Positions 9,920 through 21,545 are shown, counted from the first letter of the stretch. The stretch is DNA of 51,096 nt from Polyangia bacterium (GCA_050287845.1 JBNKCR010000089.1:1-51096); one strand, 5' to 3'. Translations and numbers: made by a program. Notes: generated by a model not told the origin, from the letters alone.

Positions 9920-12160
9920 TCAATGGGAAGACGTCACTTCCCCGGTCAGAATTTCGTGGATGGTTCTGGAGAGCTCCCGCGCCTCCACCGGTTTGGTCAG
10001 GAACGCACCGATCTCACTGGCCGACAGCTCCTCCCGTGAGATGGCGTCGCCATAACCGGACAACAATATCACCGGAATCGCCGGATTGATTTTTTTAATC
10101 TCCCCGGCGAGTTCGGTTCCCGATATTTTGGGCATGCTGTAATCGGTGATCACCAGACAGAATCGGGTGGGCGCGGGCTGAACAAGCGCCAATGCGTCCC
10201 TGCCATTTTCAGCCGTGGTGACCCTGTATCCCAGCGGCGACAGCATCCGTTTGCCCATTCGCAATATCTGCTGCTTGTCGTCGACCCACAGAATCTCGCC
10301 GCCGGCAACCGGAGCGCCATAGTCAGAAATCCGCCGGGGCTGAAGACTGACCCGAGTCTCCTCCCGGCTCTGTACCGGCAGATAGATGGTGAAGGTTGCG
10401 CCATTGCCTTCTTCGCTTTCCACCGTAATCTCCCCATCGTGGTTATGAATTATCACCTGGGCGGACGCCAGCCCCAACCCGGTTCCTTCGTCCCTGGACT
10501 TGGTGGTGAAAAAGGGATCGAACAGGTGGGCCAGGTGCTCGCTGCGAATACCGCTGCCGGTATCGGAGATGCGGATGCACACATATTCTCCGGCGGGCAG
10601 CATTCCATTGGCGATTTCTGTCCCCCGGGAAATCGTCACATTTTTCAGTCCCAGGGTCAATGTGCTTTCAGACTGATTCAACATGGCGTGACAGGCGTTG
10701 GTGTACAGGTTCATGAGCACCTGACTCAGCTGGGTGGAAGCTCCTTTTACAAACGGCTTTTCAAGCCGGATTTCGGTTTTCACAATCACATGCTGCGGGG
10801 TGCTGACCTGCATCAGTTTCAGTGTCTCCATTGCCAGCGAAACAATATCAATCACCTTGAAATCGGCTTTATTCTCCTTGCGCGACAGGGTCAGGATTTG
10901 ATTCACCATGTCCCGGCCCCGGTTGGCGGCGAGAATCACTTCGGTCAAATCCTGCCGAATGGGGTCCCCTTCGGGCAAATCCATCAGGGCTGCCTTGCTG
11001 AACCCCAACACCGCCGCAAGACTGTTGTTGAAATCGTGGGCAATGCCACCGGCCAGGGTACCAATCGCTTCCATCCGCTGCGCCCGACGCAGCTGGGAGG
11101 TGCGCAATTGCACTTCCCGCTCCAGTTCGTCCCTGGACTGCCGGAGTATCGCTTCGGCATTCTTCTGGTCGGTAATATCCTGAATCATCAGAATGGTGCC
11201 CACCGATTGTCCCCCGTGCACCACCCGGGAGGCGGAGAGGGTCAGGTATTGCAACCAGCCATTCCGCTCCTTCTTCACTTCAAGACCGGTAAACTCTCCG
11301 GACATTCCGTAGCCCGGGAACAGTCGGTCAACCTTTTTGCCAATGGGGATGCGTCCCAGCAATCCCGTCGCCTCGCGGTTGCCGCGTATCACCATGCCAT
11401 CGGCATCCAGCAGCAGAATGCCCACCTTCACTCCTTCGTAAATTTCTTCGGCCACTTCGTGGGGCGAGATGGAAAGAAACCGGTATTTCACGATGGAATA
11501 AAATACCAATATCTGAAATACGGCGATGGCTGATGCGCCATATCGCGGGATATTGTAAATATGAAAAATATTGGGCAGCAGCACGTTGACCACCGTGATG
11601 GTACTGGCTGCCACCACGGTACCGAACAGAAGAAGTCGAATGATTTTTTTCTGAATTTCATCACTGCTCTGGCGCGCCTTGTGGACCATGACCCCCATTC
11701 CAATGGCAGTGAAAATGGCTGTATTGGCACTGATGACCATATGAACCGGGGGATTTTCCATTGGCGCCGTGCCCCAGTTAAAAAAACGCACGCCGACGAA
11801 TACCCATTCGGTGAATCCGGTGAAAAAGTAACCTGCGGTGGCAGTGGCGAACCCCAGATATGATAGCCAGTCCCGCTTTTTTCCCACCACGGCGTTGGCG
11901 AATTCCAGATACAGTACTCCGGCGAAAATCCAGAAAACTGAGCTCCACCGCCAGATTTCGGTTTCGTACCCCTTTGCCAGCGGAAAATACAGCAGAAACT
12001 CGGATCCCAGCCAGCAGGAGGAAGTCAGATTGAATAATAAAAATGCAATGTTAACACGGTTTCGGTTCTTCTGGGCGTACACGTACGCCCCCGCGAAGTA
12101 ATTCAGCAGAAACGCCACAATCGGAATCAGTACGGTAAATTTTCCGGCAAGCAACCACAT
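9920..12160 (-). CDS. Hybrid sensor histidine kinase (7TM N-terminus, PAS, HisKA, HATPase, receiver)
   Basis: About 7 TM helices; LAGGIAHDFNN; NLYTNA; DTGSGI; FDPFFTTK; GTGLGL; receiver VDD...TDYSMP...KP. Confidence 0.93.
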   Translation of the reverse strand: MWLLAGKFTVLIPIVAFLLNYFAGAYVYAQKNRNRVNIAFLLFNLTSSCWLGSEFLLYFPLAKGYETEIWRWSSVFWIFAGVLYLEFANAVVGKKRDWLSYLGFATATAGYFFTGFTEWVFVGVRFFNWGTAPMENPPVHMVISANTAIFTAIGMGVMVHKARQSSDEIQKKIIRLLLFGTVVAASTITVVNVLLPNIFHIYNIPRYGASAIAVFQILVFYSIVKYRFLSISPHEVAEEIYEGVKVGILLLDADGMVIRGNREATGLLGRIPIGKKVDRLFPGYGMSGEFTGLEVKKERNGWLQYLTLSASRVVHGGQSVGTILMIQDITDQKNAEAILRQSRDELEREVQLRTSQLRRAQRMEAIGTLAGGIAHDFNNSLAAVLGFSKAALMDLPEGDPIRQDLTEVILAANRGRDMVNQILTLSRKENKADFKVIDIVSLAMETLKLMQVSTPQHVIVKTEIRLEKPFVKGASTQLSQVLMNLYTNACHAMLNQSESTLTLGLKNVTISRGTEIANGMLPAGEYVCIRISDTGSGIRSEHLAHLFDPFFTTKSRDEGTGLGLASAQVIIHNHDGEITVESEEGNGATFTIYLPVQSREETRVSLQPRRISDYGAPVAGGEILWVDDKQQILRMGKRMLSPLGYRVTTAENGRDALALVQPAPTRFCLVITDYSMPKISGTELAGEIKKINPAIPVILLSGYGDAISREELSASEIGAFLTKPVEARELSRTIHEILTGEVTSSH

Positions 12161-12400
12161 ATTCTGTCTTTCAGGTCGGAAAGTGCGTTCCCGAACTTGT
12201 AACTGAAAAACGGATTCCACTGAAGATAATGAAGAACTATTTTGTACTCAGGCGATAAATTTTCGAAGGCGCCAACCTTTCTAAAAAGGAGTCGCCGGGA
12301 AATATTTTTCTTATGCAGTTTCATTTTCCGTGCACATAATATGTGTCATATTAACATCTGAATATCAAAAAACCCGGAACCTGATTATTTGAGGAGAAAA

Positions 12401-13744
12401 ATGAAGAAAATCATACTACTTTGTTGCGCCGCGATATTGGCGTTTGAAATGGGTTGTTCCAGTTCTGACTCTGACAAAAAGGACAAGAGTTTGTACGAAG
12501 GGGATGACCCGGGGGAATGCAACGACGGGGCAGACAATAACCGGGATGGTAATTTTGACTGCGACGACGCAGGGTGCGCCAACAGCGACCTGTGCACCGG
12601 TTCGAATACCGACGCGGATTCAAACACCAACGTCGGTACTGACCCGGATACAAACACCAACTCGCCGGCAACCACAGATGAGGATACAAACACAGGCACC
12701 GAAAAAGACACCAATATTGGTAGCGATACGGCCACTGTGGTGGTTCCGGCCGGGGAAGGGTGGCTGCGAACCGAAGGCAACCAGATTCTTTCTGAGGACG
12801 GATCGGTATTTCGCGGTCGGGGTGCGAATGTCCACGACACCAGAAATTGCGGGGCATGTTACAACCCCGATGTCGCCGGGGTGAACCGCCGGATTGACGA
12901 GCTGGTCGATGTGTGGGGTGCGAATTTCATGCGCCTGTGTCTGGAAAGCCACGAACCTTCGGAAGATCCGGTCAATGATGCGGAATACATGCAGGACATT
13001 ATTGAAATAGTGGAGCACATCGGTACCAAGCCAGGGGTGTACGTGCTGGCGTCCCTGTGGTGGGACGCGACAGTGGATGCAACCGAACTCAAGATTCCCG
13101 CCGCAACCGTTGTGCCCATCTGGGAAAAGCTCGTCGAGAAGCTGGCGCCCTATTCCCATGTGATGTTTGGCCTAGTGAACGAACCCACGGGGGTTCACTC
13201 CAGTGATACCGTGGAGATAGACGATGATGACGTGGAAGTGTGGGAAGCCATGAACAATACGGTGGCCGCCATTCGCGCCGTTGAAGCCCGGGTGGGCAGC
13301 CCCAAACATCTGATTGCGGTGCAGGGAACCCGTGCCTACAGCAAATTCCTCCAGTACTATCCGAACCATCCCATTACCGCAGGCGGAGGTGAAAACATCG
13401 TCTATGAGGTGCATGTGTACTATGGGAACGATGGGGACAAATGGGAATATCGCTGGAAGACACCGGCCGAGACCCTGCCGGTGATTATCGGGGAGTTTGC
13501 CGAAGTGGACGAGTCCTGGGACACCCTCACCCTGGAGGATTGCGACAAGATGATGATAGAAGCCGAAGCCCTGGATATTCCGTGGCTCGCCTGGACGTTC
13601 CATACCAAGTGCGGAAATCCGCTGATCAACGCCGATAACAACTGTGAAGCAAACGTGAACATCAGTCCGACCTCCGGGTGGGGGGAACTGATTTACAATC
13701 GTCTCCATACCACGTGGGGAAGCCCGGACAGTGCGCTTCCATGA
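12401..13744 (+). CDS. Glycoside hydrolase family 5 (cellulase-family) lipoprotein
   Basis: Lipobox EMGC; WLRTEGNQI, GANFMRL, acid/base VNEP, nucleophile IGEF, WLAW; RBS GAGGAG. Confidence 0.88.
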   Translation: MKKIILLCCAAILAFEMGCSSSDSDKKDKSLYEGDDPGECNDGADNNRDGNFDCDDAGCANSDLCTGSNTDADSNTNVGTDPDTNTNSPATTDEDTNTGTEKDTNIGSDTATVVVPAGEGWLRTEGNQILSEDGSVFRGRGANVHDTRNCGACYNPDVAGVNRRIDELVDVWGANFMRLCLESHEPSEDPVNDAEYMQDIIEIVEHIGTKPGVYVLASLWWDATVDATELKIPAATVVPIWEKLVEKLAPYSHVMFGLVNEPTGVHSSDTVEIDDDDVEVWEAMNNTVAAIRAVEARVGSPKHLIAVQGTRAYSKFLQYYPNHPITAGGGENIVYEVHVYYGNDGDKWEYRWKTPAETLPVIIGEFAEVDESWDTLTLEDCDKMMIEAEALDIPWLAWTFHTKCGNPLINADNNCEANVNISPTSGWGELIYNRLHTTWGSPDSALP

Positions 13745-13757
13745 ATTGAATCCCTGT

Positions 13758-15581
13758 TCACCCGCCCCCCGGCAATTTCTGTTCCTTCAGAATAGAAAAC
13801 AAATCGAGCTGGATTTCAGCGCTGTCTCCCCGGGCAGGAAGGTGAAAAGGCACGAATCCCTCCGGGCGCCAATACCAGAATGAGACGGCATCGGCGGATA
13901 AATCAGTATTGAAGGTGGCCCGAACCCGGGTGGGGTTGCCGTCCGCGGTGACAGCGAGCACGGTGAAGCGGGTGGCCGCGCGATCGATGGTCTGCCCCAC
14001 TCTGAAAGGGTGGCGCTTTTCCCGGACCAGGGCGTCGGTCCACACCCCGAGCATTCCCGCTTTCACCTCCAGAACCAGGCTCTGCCCGGTTTCCCGAATC
14101 ACAGTCAGGGGCTCGAACCCATTGTACAGCGCCACCGTGCGCGGGGGTACACTCAATCTCAGGGCGCCCCGCCACAGGGGCAGAAATGTGGATGCAAATA
14201 AATCCGGCGCCGCCACGATGACCACGGTCCGGTCAGAGAGGTTATCGGGAAGCGACCGGGTGGTGGCCAGGGTGGCGCGATTCAGCAAATCGGGAATTTC
14301 GGTTTTCACCGGTACCGACAAAGGAGAAACAACGCCGTGAAGTACCAGCCACAGAACGGCGAGAACCCGCGCTGCGGCGCTGGATGCCCATCGTTGTCCC
14401 GGAACTTGCCGTTCAGACTCATCCCGAAAAAGAACCGTTCCGATGAACCGCGAAATAACCCCGAAAATACCCACCGTGGCGATGAGGAGCAATCGGTCGT
14501 GGGCGAATGTGGCGCACGATGGAATGAGGCTGAGCACCGTTCCGGTCACCAGAAATCTCGAAACGGCATCGGTTTTCACCAGGGGACGCAGCCCAATGGC
14601 AAACAGTCCAACCACAGCGAGAGAGACGCCGGTGAGAATCCAGTGCATGCCCGAGGGGATGAACATGGAAATTTCGGCGCCGCCAGAGCCGAATCCGCCG
14701 GCGAGCAGCACCGGTAGCCGCTGCAGGAGCGCATCGACAAATCCGGCCGGATTCCCAAGGGGGTCCACGTACAGATCCGAGCCCCACACGCCATATCCCA
14801 GGGCGTTGTATCCCAGCCGCCAGACAAGGACCACCATCCCGTATGGCAACAGACGAAGGGCTTTGCGCCGGAGGGGGCCACCTTCGAGAAACACAGTATG
14901 CGCCAATAGAAATCCGCAGATGCCAAGGGCGAATTCGCCGGCCAGCAGGGCGACCCCGAGAGAGAGGGGGGCGAGCACGGCTCCTGCTTTCCAGTTCTCC
15001 GTTTGCCAACGCATGTGAAGATTGAGAGTGACAAAGGCCAGGGTGGTCGCAATCATGCTATTGCGGTTGGCAATCCACGCCGCCGGGAAAGTGGCTGCGT
15101 CGTCCAGGGCAAAAAAGGCGAGCCCCAGAGCGGCCAGATGGGGAGCGGGCAAAATTCTTCTGAACAGCAGGAACGCCGAGACACACATGAGCACAAACCA
15201 GACCAGGCCATGAATGTGCATGAGCATCGCATTGCCCGGCCACAGCAGATGATCCGCGTACAGGAAAAGGGAACTCAGGGGTCGGAGGAACGTCGCCTGA
15301 TAGGGCACCTGCCCCCACCAGGGATTGATGCCCATCTCCTGGGCCTGACGGACAAACTCGGCATCGCCGGGAATCAGACGGTACAAATCCAGGGGATGCA
15401 CCGCTTTAAACGGCAGCGCACTGTTCGGGGTCAGCATCTGCTGATGCAGATAGTCATCCAGCAGGAATCCATTGTTGACGGCGCCGATGCGAAGCAACAC
15501 GCCGAGAATGATTGCCCCGGGTACAAACATCGGGTGTTTCAGCACTTTTTTGAACCAGGTCCGCATTCGCCCCCCATTCAT
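13758..15581 (-). CDS. Polytopic membrane protein, probable GT-C-fold glycosyltransferase
   Basis: GFLLDDY in the first loop, FLRPLSS, WIANRN, LLAGE, HDRLL; about 11 TM segments and a soluble C-terminal domain. Confidence 0.6.
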   Translation of the reverse strand: MNGGRMRTWFKKVLKHPMFVPGAIILGVLLRIGAVNNGFLLDDYLHQQMLTPNSALPFKAVHPLDLYRLIPGDAEFVRQAQEMGINPWWGQVPYQATFLRPLSSLFLYADHLLWPGNAMLMHIHGLVWFVLMCVSAFLLFRRILPAPHLAALGLAFFALDDAATFPAAWIANRNSMIATTLAFVTLNLHMRWQTENWKAGAVLAPLSLGVALLAGEFALGICGFLLAHTVFLEGGPLRRKALRLLPYGMVVLVWRLGYNALGYGVWGSDLYVDPLGNPAGFVDALLQRLPVLLAGGFGSGGAEISMFIPSGMHWILTGVSLAVVGLFAIGLRPLVKTDAVSRFLVTGTVLSLIPSCATFAHDRLLLIATVGIFGVISRFIGTVLFRDESERQVPGQRWASSAAARVLAVLWLVLHGVVSPLSVPVKTEIPDLLNRATLATTRSLPDNLSDRTVVIVAAPDLFASTFLPLWRGALRLSVPPRTVALYNGFEPLTVIRETGQSLVLEVKAGMLGVWTDALVREKRHPFRVGQTIDRAATRFTVLAVTADGNPTRVRATFNTDLSADAVSFWYWRPEGFVPFHLPARGDSAEIQLDLFSILKEQKLPGGG

Positions 15582-15764
15582 TGCGAAAAAAGAATCATTA
15601 CATTATACACGCCAGTTGCAGCACCAGCGAATGGCCGGGCGAAGTTCTTCCCGAAGGCAACTGTCATGACAGTTGAAGAAATGTGGGTTGTGCGTATAAC
15701 TGTATTCGACAGTCGAAATTCCGGGGAGCAGTGGCAGTTCCATTTGCGTGCAGGAGGACAGACA

Positions 15765-16904
15765 ATGAACTACGATGGCCAACGGCGAAACAACAGCGGA
15801 TGGGCCCGGTACCGATGGGTGTTCTGGGCGATTCTGCTTCTGGTGGTGGCGTGGCAGGCGATACCGCTCATCGAACGATACTGGATTCAGAAAAGCGCGG
15901 CCCCCAGGGCCATCACCCCCCGGGGAGAACTGGCGTCGGACGAAACGGCAACCATCGAAATTTTTGAAAACGCCAGTCCGTCGGTGGTGTTCATCACCAC
16001 AGAACAACGGGTCAGAAATTTCTGGTCGCGCAATGCCTTCAGTGTTCCCAAAGGAACGGGTTCCGGATTCATCTGGGACGATCTGGGCCACGTGGTGACC
16101 AACTTTCACGTGATTGCGGGTGCATCGGGCGCCAGCGTTCGACTCAACGATGGCCGCAGTCTCGACTCGGTTCTGGTAGGCGTCAGTCCGGACCACGATC
16201 TGGCTGTACTTCGAATCAATGTGGAATTCGACCGGCCCCCTCCGGTTCCGGTGGGGACCAGCAATGATTTGAAGGTGGGACAGAAAGTGTTTGCCATTGG
16301 CAACCCATTCGGCCTGGACTACACATTGACCGGTGGTCTCGTTTCCGCTCTCGATCGATCGCTGACCGAAGAAAGCGGCGTCGTCATTGACCATCTCATT
16401 CAGACCGACGCTGCCATCAACCCGGGAAACTCGGGGGGGCCACTGCTGGACAGCGCCGGGAGACTGGTGGGCATCAACACTGCCATCTACAGTCCCTCGG
16501 GCGCCTACGCGGGGATTGGATTTGCCGTACCGGTGGACACCGTGAACCGGGTGGTGCCGGAATTGATTGCCAGAGGAAAATACACACGACCGAGTCTGGG
16601 AATCGAAGTGGATGAGCGATTCAACCACGTACTCTCTGAGCAGCTGAAAACCAGCGGTGTGTTCATTCTCAAGGTGGCCCCCGCTTCACCAGCGGAAAAA
16701 GCCGGGCTCAGAGGGGCGCAGATGGACAGTCGGGGAAGGGTCATCGCCGGAGATGTGATTCTGGCCATCGACGCCCAACCCGTGAAAGACGTCTCTTCGC
16801 TGTTCGCCCGCCTCAACGACTACAGCATTGGTGACCAAGTGACATTGCAGATCTTGCGCGAGGGCCAGCGTACGGACGTGAGCATCTTGCTCGGCGGCAG
16901 CTGA
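15765..16904 (+). CDS. HtrA/DegP-family trypsin-like serine protease with one PDZ domain
   Basis: TNFHV, DLAVL and INPGNSGGPL catalytic triad; N-terminal TM; RBS AGGAGG before ATG 15765. Confidence 0.95.
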   Translation: MNYDGQRRNNSGWARYRWVFWAILLLVVAWQAIPLIERYWIQKSAAPRAITPRGELASDETATIEIFENASPSVVFITTEQRVRNFWSRNAFSVPKGTGSGFIWDDLGHVVTNFHVIAGASGASVRLNDGRSLDSVLVGVSPDHDLAVLRINVEFDRPPPVPVGTSNDLKVGQKVFAIGNPFGLDYTLTGGLVSALDRSLTEESGVVIDHLIQTDAAINPGNSGGPLLDSAGRLVGINTAIYSPSGAYAGIGFAVPVDTVNRVVPELIARGKYTRPSLGIEVDERFNHVLSEQLKTSGVFILKVAPASPAEKAGLRGAQMDSRGRVIAGDVILAIDAQPVKDVSSLFARLNDYSIGDQVTLQILREGQRTDVSILLGGS

Positions 16905-16920
16905 AAAAACCTTGTCTCGG

Positions 16921-19389
16921 TCAACTCCGCGCCATGGGCAACTGAATGGTGAACTTCGCGCCGGAGCCGCGGTGGGAATCCACAGTCAATGTGCCGTGAT
17001 GGGTTTCGGTGATGATAAAGTAAGACACACTCAATCCGAGACCTGTACCAATCCCCACCGGCTTGGTGGTGTAAAACGGCTCGAAAATACGACTCTGAAT
17101 CTCTTCATCAATGCCCGGACCGTTGTCTTCTATTTCCAGGATGGCAACGTTCGCTGCCAGGTCGGTTCGTGTCCGAAAAATAAATCGGGGCTCCGGAGTG
17201 CCGGCTTCCAGCATGGCATGGGCGCCATTGCTCAGAATATTGAGGAGCACCTGCTGAATACTGGAGCCCTCACAGGGCACCATCGACTCCTTTCCGGGGG
17301 CATATTCCCGAAGTATCTGAATTTTTTTGAAATCGTATTTCTTTGCAAGGTTGTAGTCGGTGGCGGCGAGGTCAGCGGTTCTGTCAAGCAATGTCTCAAG
17401 GGCGTACAGCGACACGCCATCTTTTGATTTACGGGCAAAATTGAGCATGTTTTCAATAATGGAGGCCATCCATTTTCCCGAACCTTCGATGTTGTCCAGC
17501 ATTCTCAGTATTCCGCGCTCTTCCATGTAGGCTTTCATCTTTTCAAGGGATACCCCGACACGCTGTGACGCGCGAATGTTGGACGGAAGATTCTGGTCAG
17601 CCAGACGGCTTCTCATCACGCTGGCCGTTTGCAGAATACCCGCCAGCGGATTGTTGATTTCATGCGCCATCCCGGCCGCCAGTCCGCCAACGGACAACAT
17701 CTTCTCGTTCTGAACAATGAGTTCTTCCATGCGTACCTGTTCGGTAACGTCATCCACCCGAATCACCGCGCCATCCACGCCATTGGAAACCAGCGGATAA
17801 ATGGTGATGGCCGCATAATGGACTTCATTTCCCGCGCCGGACGAACTTTTCGAAAAACGGATGGTACGGCGCTCCCGGATGGATGTTCTGATTCGATCCA
17901 TTTCGTTTGCCAGCGTTGGCCAAACGGTTGACAGGGCGTTTCCGCGCGCCTGATCAGAACGCAGCCCCGTCTCCAACTCGACCTGGCTGTTCCACAATGT
18001 CACGTTGCCGTCCTTGTCCACTGCCACCAGACTCGAAGGCATCGAATTGATGATATTGCTCAGATAATTGCGCAGACTCTGCAGTTCGGACTCGGCAATC
18101 TTGCGCTCCGTGATGTCCATGACGGTTCCCTGCATCACCACAAGAGTTCCATCGGTGTCGAACTCCCCTTTAAAAGTCGAGTGATAATAGCCGATGCTAC
18201 CATCCGGACGCAGAAACTTCTGATCGTAACTGCCCTTGCCATTCGCATCATTCGCATCATTGACACCATTGACCCGCTGCATGATTTCCAGATGGCGGTT
18301 GCGATACTCCGGCCAGGGGGACCGTTGCATGATAGAGTCTATCTGCGGGGTGAACGTGGCGGGGTCCAGCTGAAAGATCCGGTACACTTCATCAGACCAT
18401 ATCACCTCTCCCGAAAGGACATTCCACTCCCAATATCCAAGACCGGCGAGCTTCTGTGCGTCACTCAGTTGAGATTCGCTTTTCTTCAGCGCCTTTTCCA
18501 TCTGCTTGCGCCCGGTGATGTCCATGTGGGTGCCAACGAACCTGGCCCGATTTCCCTTCGCATCCCACGCCACAATCTTTCCCCGGGCGAGAATCCACAT
18601 GTACGTGCCGTCTCTGCACAGAAAGCGGAACTCATTTTCATATGTATCCCGTTCCCCGTCGAGATACCCGTCCAGCGCAACCATCGCCTGCGCCAAATCA
18701 TCGGGATGAATCCGTTTTTTCCATTCCCCGAAAGCGGCGGGGAACTCATCCGGTTCGTATCCCGCCATTCTGTAATAACAGGCATCAAAGTACAGTTTGT
18801 CCGTGGCAAGATCCCAATCCCAGATTCCTTCATTGGCCCCCGATAGCGCCATTGAAAGACGTTCCTCGCTGTCCCTCAGGGCCTGCTCCAACCGGATTCG
18901 TTCAGATATGTCTGAAATAATGCTGCGATAATGTGTAATGGTCCCGGATTTATCCCGTCGCAAATCGGTCCGGTCTTCAATCCATCTCAAATCACCGTCC
19001 GGAGTCAGAATGCGATATGGAACATGAACAAAATTATGACAGTCGGCCTGACCACTGTATGAAGTCACTTCCCGGGTAACCCGGGGCAGATCATCCGGAT
19101 GAATAATCTGACCGTACGTCACTTTACCGGACAACAGCTCAGACGCTTTAAACCCCAGCACTGCTTCCACATTATTCGTCACATATTCCACCGGCCATCC
19201 GGCTTCATTTCGCCAGATTATCGCGACCATTGCACTGCCGTTCAGAATATTCAGCGCTTCGTTTTCCGCTTCAACGGAGGCGGGCTGTCCACCGGATTTT
19301 GAACAGATCGCTTCCAATTCCGCCACCCGGTCTTTCAACAGCTGCAATTCTGAGCGCATTTCGTGCTGTGTCCTGTTCGTATTTTTCAT
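16921..19389 (-). CDS. Cytoplasmic multi-PAS sensor histidine kinase
   Basis: Four PAS/PAC units (IHPDD, GIWDWD, DITGRK); LAAGMAHEINNP; DNGPGI; FEPFYTTK; GTGLGL. Confidence 0.95.
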   Translation of the reverse strand: MKNTNRTQHEMRSELQLLKDRVAELEAICSKSGGQPASVEAENEALNILNGSAMVAIIWRNEAGWPVEYVTNNVEAVLGFKASELLSGKVTYGQIIHPDDLPRVTREVTSYSGQADCHNFVHVPYRILTPDGDLRWIEDRTDLRRDKSGTITHYRSIISDISERIRLEQALRDSEERLSMALSGANEGIWDWDLATDKLYFDACYYRMAGYEPDEFPAAFGEWKKRIHPDDLAQAMVALDGYLDGERDTYENEFRFLCRDGTYMWILARGKIVAWDAKGNRARFVGTHMDITGRKQMEKALKKSESQLSDAQKLAGLGYWEWNVLSGEVIWSDEVYRIFQLDPATFTPQIDSIMQRSPWPEYRNRHLEIMQRVNGVNDANDANGKGSYDQKFLRPDGSIGYYHSTFKGEFDTDGTLVVMQGTVMDITERKIAESELQSLRNYLSNIINSMPSSLVAVDKDGNVTLWNSQVELETGLRSDQARGNALSTVWPTLANEMDRIRTSIRERRTIRFSKSSSGAGNEVHYAAITIYPLVSNGVDGAVIRVDDVTEQVRMEELIVQNEKMLSVGGLAAGMAHEINNPLAGILQTASVMRSRLADQNLPSNIRASQRVGVSLEKMKAYMEERGILRMLDNIEGSGKWMASIIENMLNFARKSKDGVSLYALETLLDRTADLAATDYNLAKKYDFKKIQILREYAPGKESMVPCEGSSIQQVLLNILSNGAHAMLEAGTPEPRFIFRTRTDLAANVAILEIEDNGPGIDEEIQSRIFEPFYTTKPVGIGTGLGLSVSYFIITETHHGTLTVDSHRGSGAKFTIQLPMARS

Positions 19390-19791
19390 TCAGTGATTCC
19401 TGTTATGGATTGGCTTGGGCAAGTACGAACATGTGCCTTTAAAGAATATATCGCGGGAATGCACTGCAACAAGTGCTTCCGCAAGTTTTGGTCAATGGCG
19501 TCGGACAAAACGGGGCAATTTATGGTTATGTATGCAAACAGCAGAATTGGTATTTCTCAAACCGGCCCCTTCGGTCTCGAATTCAAATCCATGGGTGCTT
19601 TACGACACGATTGACGGCCGAATTTGTATTCATATGCGATAAAATCGTCTCATTTTGTCCGAAAAAATCAATATTTTAACATCTTGCAGCGAATTTTATG
19701 TGAACTTTGGTAAAAATTTGCTCTTTTTAATTGCATCACCAGAAAAATAATGCCAAGTTTTGTTTGGTTTTTAACTCTGCGAGGTGATATT

Positions 19792-21528
19792 ATGAGTACA
19801 ACCCAGACAAACAGCCCAATGGACGGCGCTCAGGCCCTGGTAAAATGCCTTGAAGCCGAAGGGGTCGAATTCATATTCGGGCTGTCCGGTGGTTCCGCGA
19901 TACCGATATTTGATGCACTGGTGACCACCGGCACAAAAATCCAACTGATCCTGGTTCGCCACGAACAGGGAGCCGCTCACATGGCCGACGGCTATGCCCG
20001 GGCAACGGGCAAACCGGGGGTTGTGCTGGTAACCAGCGGCCCGGGTGCCACCAACACCATTACCGGCATCATGACCGCGCACATGGATTCGGTACCCATG
20101 GTGGTCCTGACCGGTCAGACAATCAAGGCCATGATTGGCAAGGACGCGTTTCAGGAAGCCGACGTGTTCGGACTGACCATGCCGGTGGTGAAGCACAGTT
20201 ATCTGCTCGAGAATCCCAACGATATTCCCAGGGTGGTCAAGGAGGCATTTCATATCGCATCCACCGGCCGCCCGGGACCGGTGCTGATGGATTTGCCCAA
20301 GGATGTCAGTTCCGGGGCATTCAGCGGTGACCTGAATCCGCTCATGAAACTGCCGGGGTATCACCCGTCGACCGAAGTGAACGAAGAGGATGTCAGGGCA
20401 ATAGCAGAAGCCCTCAGCCGCTCCACCAGACCGGTCATCCTTGCGGGTCATGGCGCATCCATCGCTAAAGCGGAAAAGGAAGTGCTGCAACTGGCCGAAA
20501 CACTCAACGCACCGGTGACCACCACCCTTCTGGGCAAAGGGGTCATTCCCGAGACCCATCCATTGTCCCTGGGCATGCTGGGAATGCACGGTACCGCCTA
20601 CGCCAACAAGGCCGTGGTGGAATGCGACCTGATTATGTCCATCGGCTCCCGCTTTGACGATCGCATCATCGGGCAGGCAGACCGATTCTGTCAGAGCGCC
20701 GTCCGAATTCATATCGATGTGGACGCTGCGGAAATCAACAAAATGATCAAAGTGCATCACTCCTGCGTCGGGGATGCGAAGACAGTGGTTTCCCGGCTGC
20801 TCAATCATGTCAGCCGGCTCGATACCGATGAATGGCTGCGCCGTCTCGACGGATACAAAAGCAAATATCCGCTGCGCTACGCCAGACAGGGCGGACTCAA
20901 GGCCCAGCAGATTCTCGATGAACTGTACCGGATGACCGAGGGTAAAATCGTAGTCACCACCGATGTGGGACAGCACCAGATGTGGGCAGCGCAGTTCCTC
21001 AAAACAATTCATCCCAATGATTTCATCAGTTCCGGGGGGGCCGGCACCATGGGATTCGGATTCCCGGCTGCCATTGGCGCCCAGTTCGGTCGTCCGGATG
21101 ATCAGGTGTGGACCATTGTGGGAGATGGCGGATTCCAGATGACCCTGTGTGAACTGGCCACAGCCTGTGTGAATAAGTTGCCCATCAAAATACTGGTGCT
21201 CAACAATCACTATCTGGGAATGGTCCGCCAGTGGCAGGAACTGTTTTACGACGATCGCAAAAGTGGTGTGGACCTCGTTGGCAACCCGGATTTCGCCAAA
21301 CTGGCCGACAGCTATCCCGGCGCCAGAGGCTTCACCCTGAAGCGAACCGCGGACATCCGGAAAATACTGGAGCGGGCCATGGCGTACAACGACGGACCGT
21401 GCGTCATCAACGCCGAATGTGAAAAAACCGAAAACGTATTTCCAATGATTCCGGCAGGTCGCCCCCTGGAAGACATGCTGATAGATCGGCCGCGGACGAA
21501 ACTGGAAAAACCCACGGGTTCCACCTGA
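19792..21528 (+). CDS. ilvB: Acetolactate synthase large subunit
   Basis: RHEQGAAHMADGYARATGK, TSGPGATN, DVGQHQMW, GDGGFQM, GMVRQWQ; RBS GAGGTG. Confidence 0.97.
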   Translation: MSTTQTNSPMDGAQALVKCLEAEGVEFIFGLSGGSAIPIFDALVTTGTKIQLILVRHEQGAAHMADGYARATGKPGVVLVTSGPGATNTITGIMTAHMDSVPMVVLTGQTIKAMIGKDAFQEADVFGLTMPVVKHSYLLENPNDIPRVVKEAFHIASTGRPGPVLMDLPKDVSSGAFSGDLNPLMKLPGYHPSTEVNEEDVRAIAEALSRSTRPVILAGHGASIAKAEKEVLQLAETLNAPVTTTLLGKGVIPETHPLSLGMLGMHGTAYANKAVVECDLIMSIGSRFDDRIIGQADRFCQSAVRIHIDVDAAEINKMIKVHHSCVGDAKTVVSRLLNHVSRLDTDEWLRRLDGYKSKYPLRYARQGGLKAQQILDELYRMTEGKIVVTTDVGQHQMWAAQFLKTIHPNDFISSGGAGTMGFGFPAAIGAQFGRPDDQVWTIVGDGGFQMTLCELATACVNKLPIKILVLNNHYLGMVRQWQELFYDDRKSGVDLVGNPDFAKLADSYPGARGFTLKRTADIRKILERAMAYNDGPCVINAECEKTENVFPMIPAGRPLEDMLIDRPRTKLEKPTGST

Positions 21529-21545
21529 GATATGAGGAGACAGCT

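Noticed and set aside
15003..15764. 254-aa N-terminal extension of the HtrA ORF
   Set aside because: It overlaps the opposite-strand membrane gene, and a strong RBS precedes ATG 15765.
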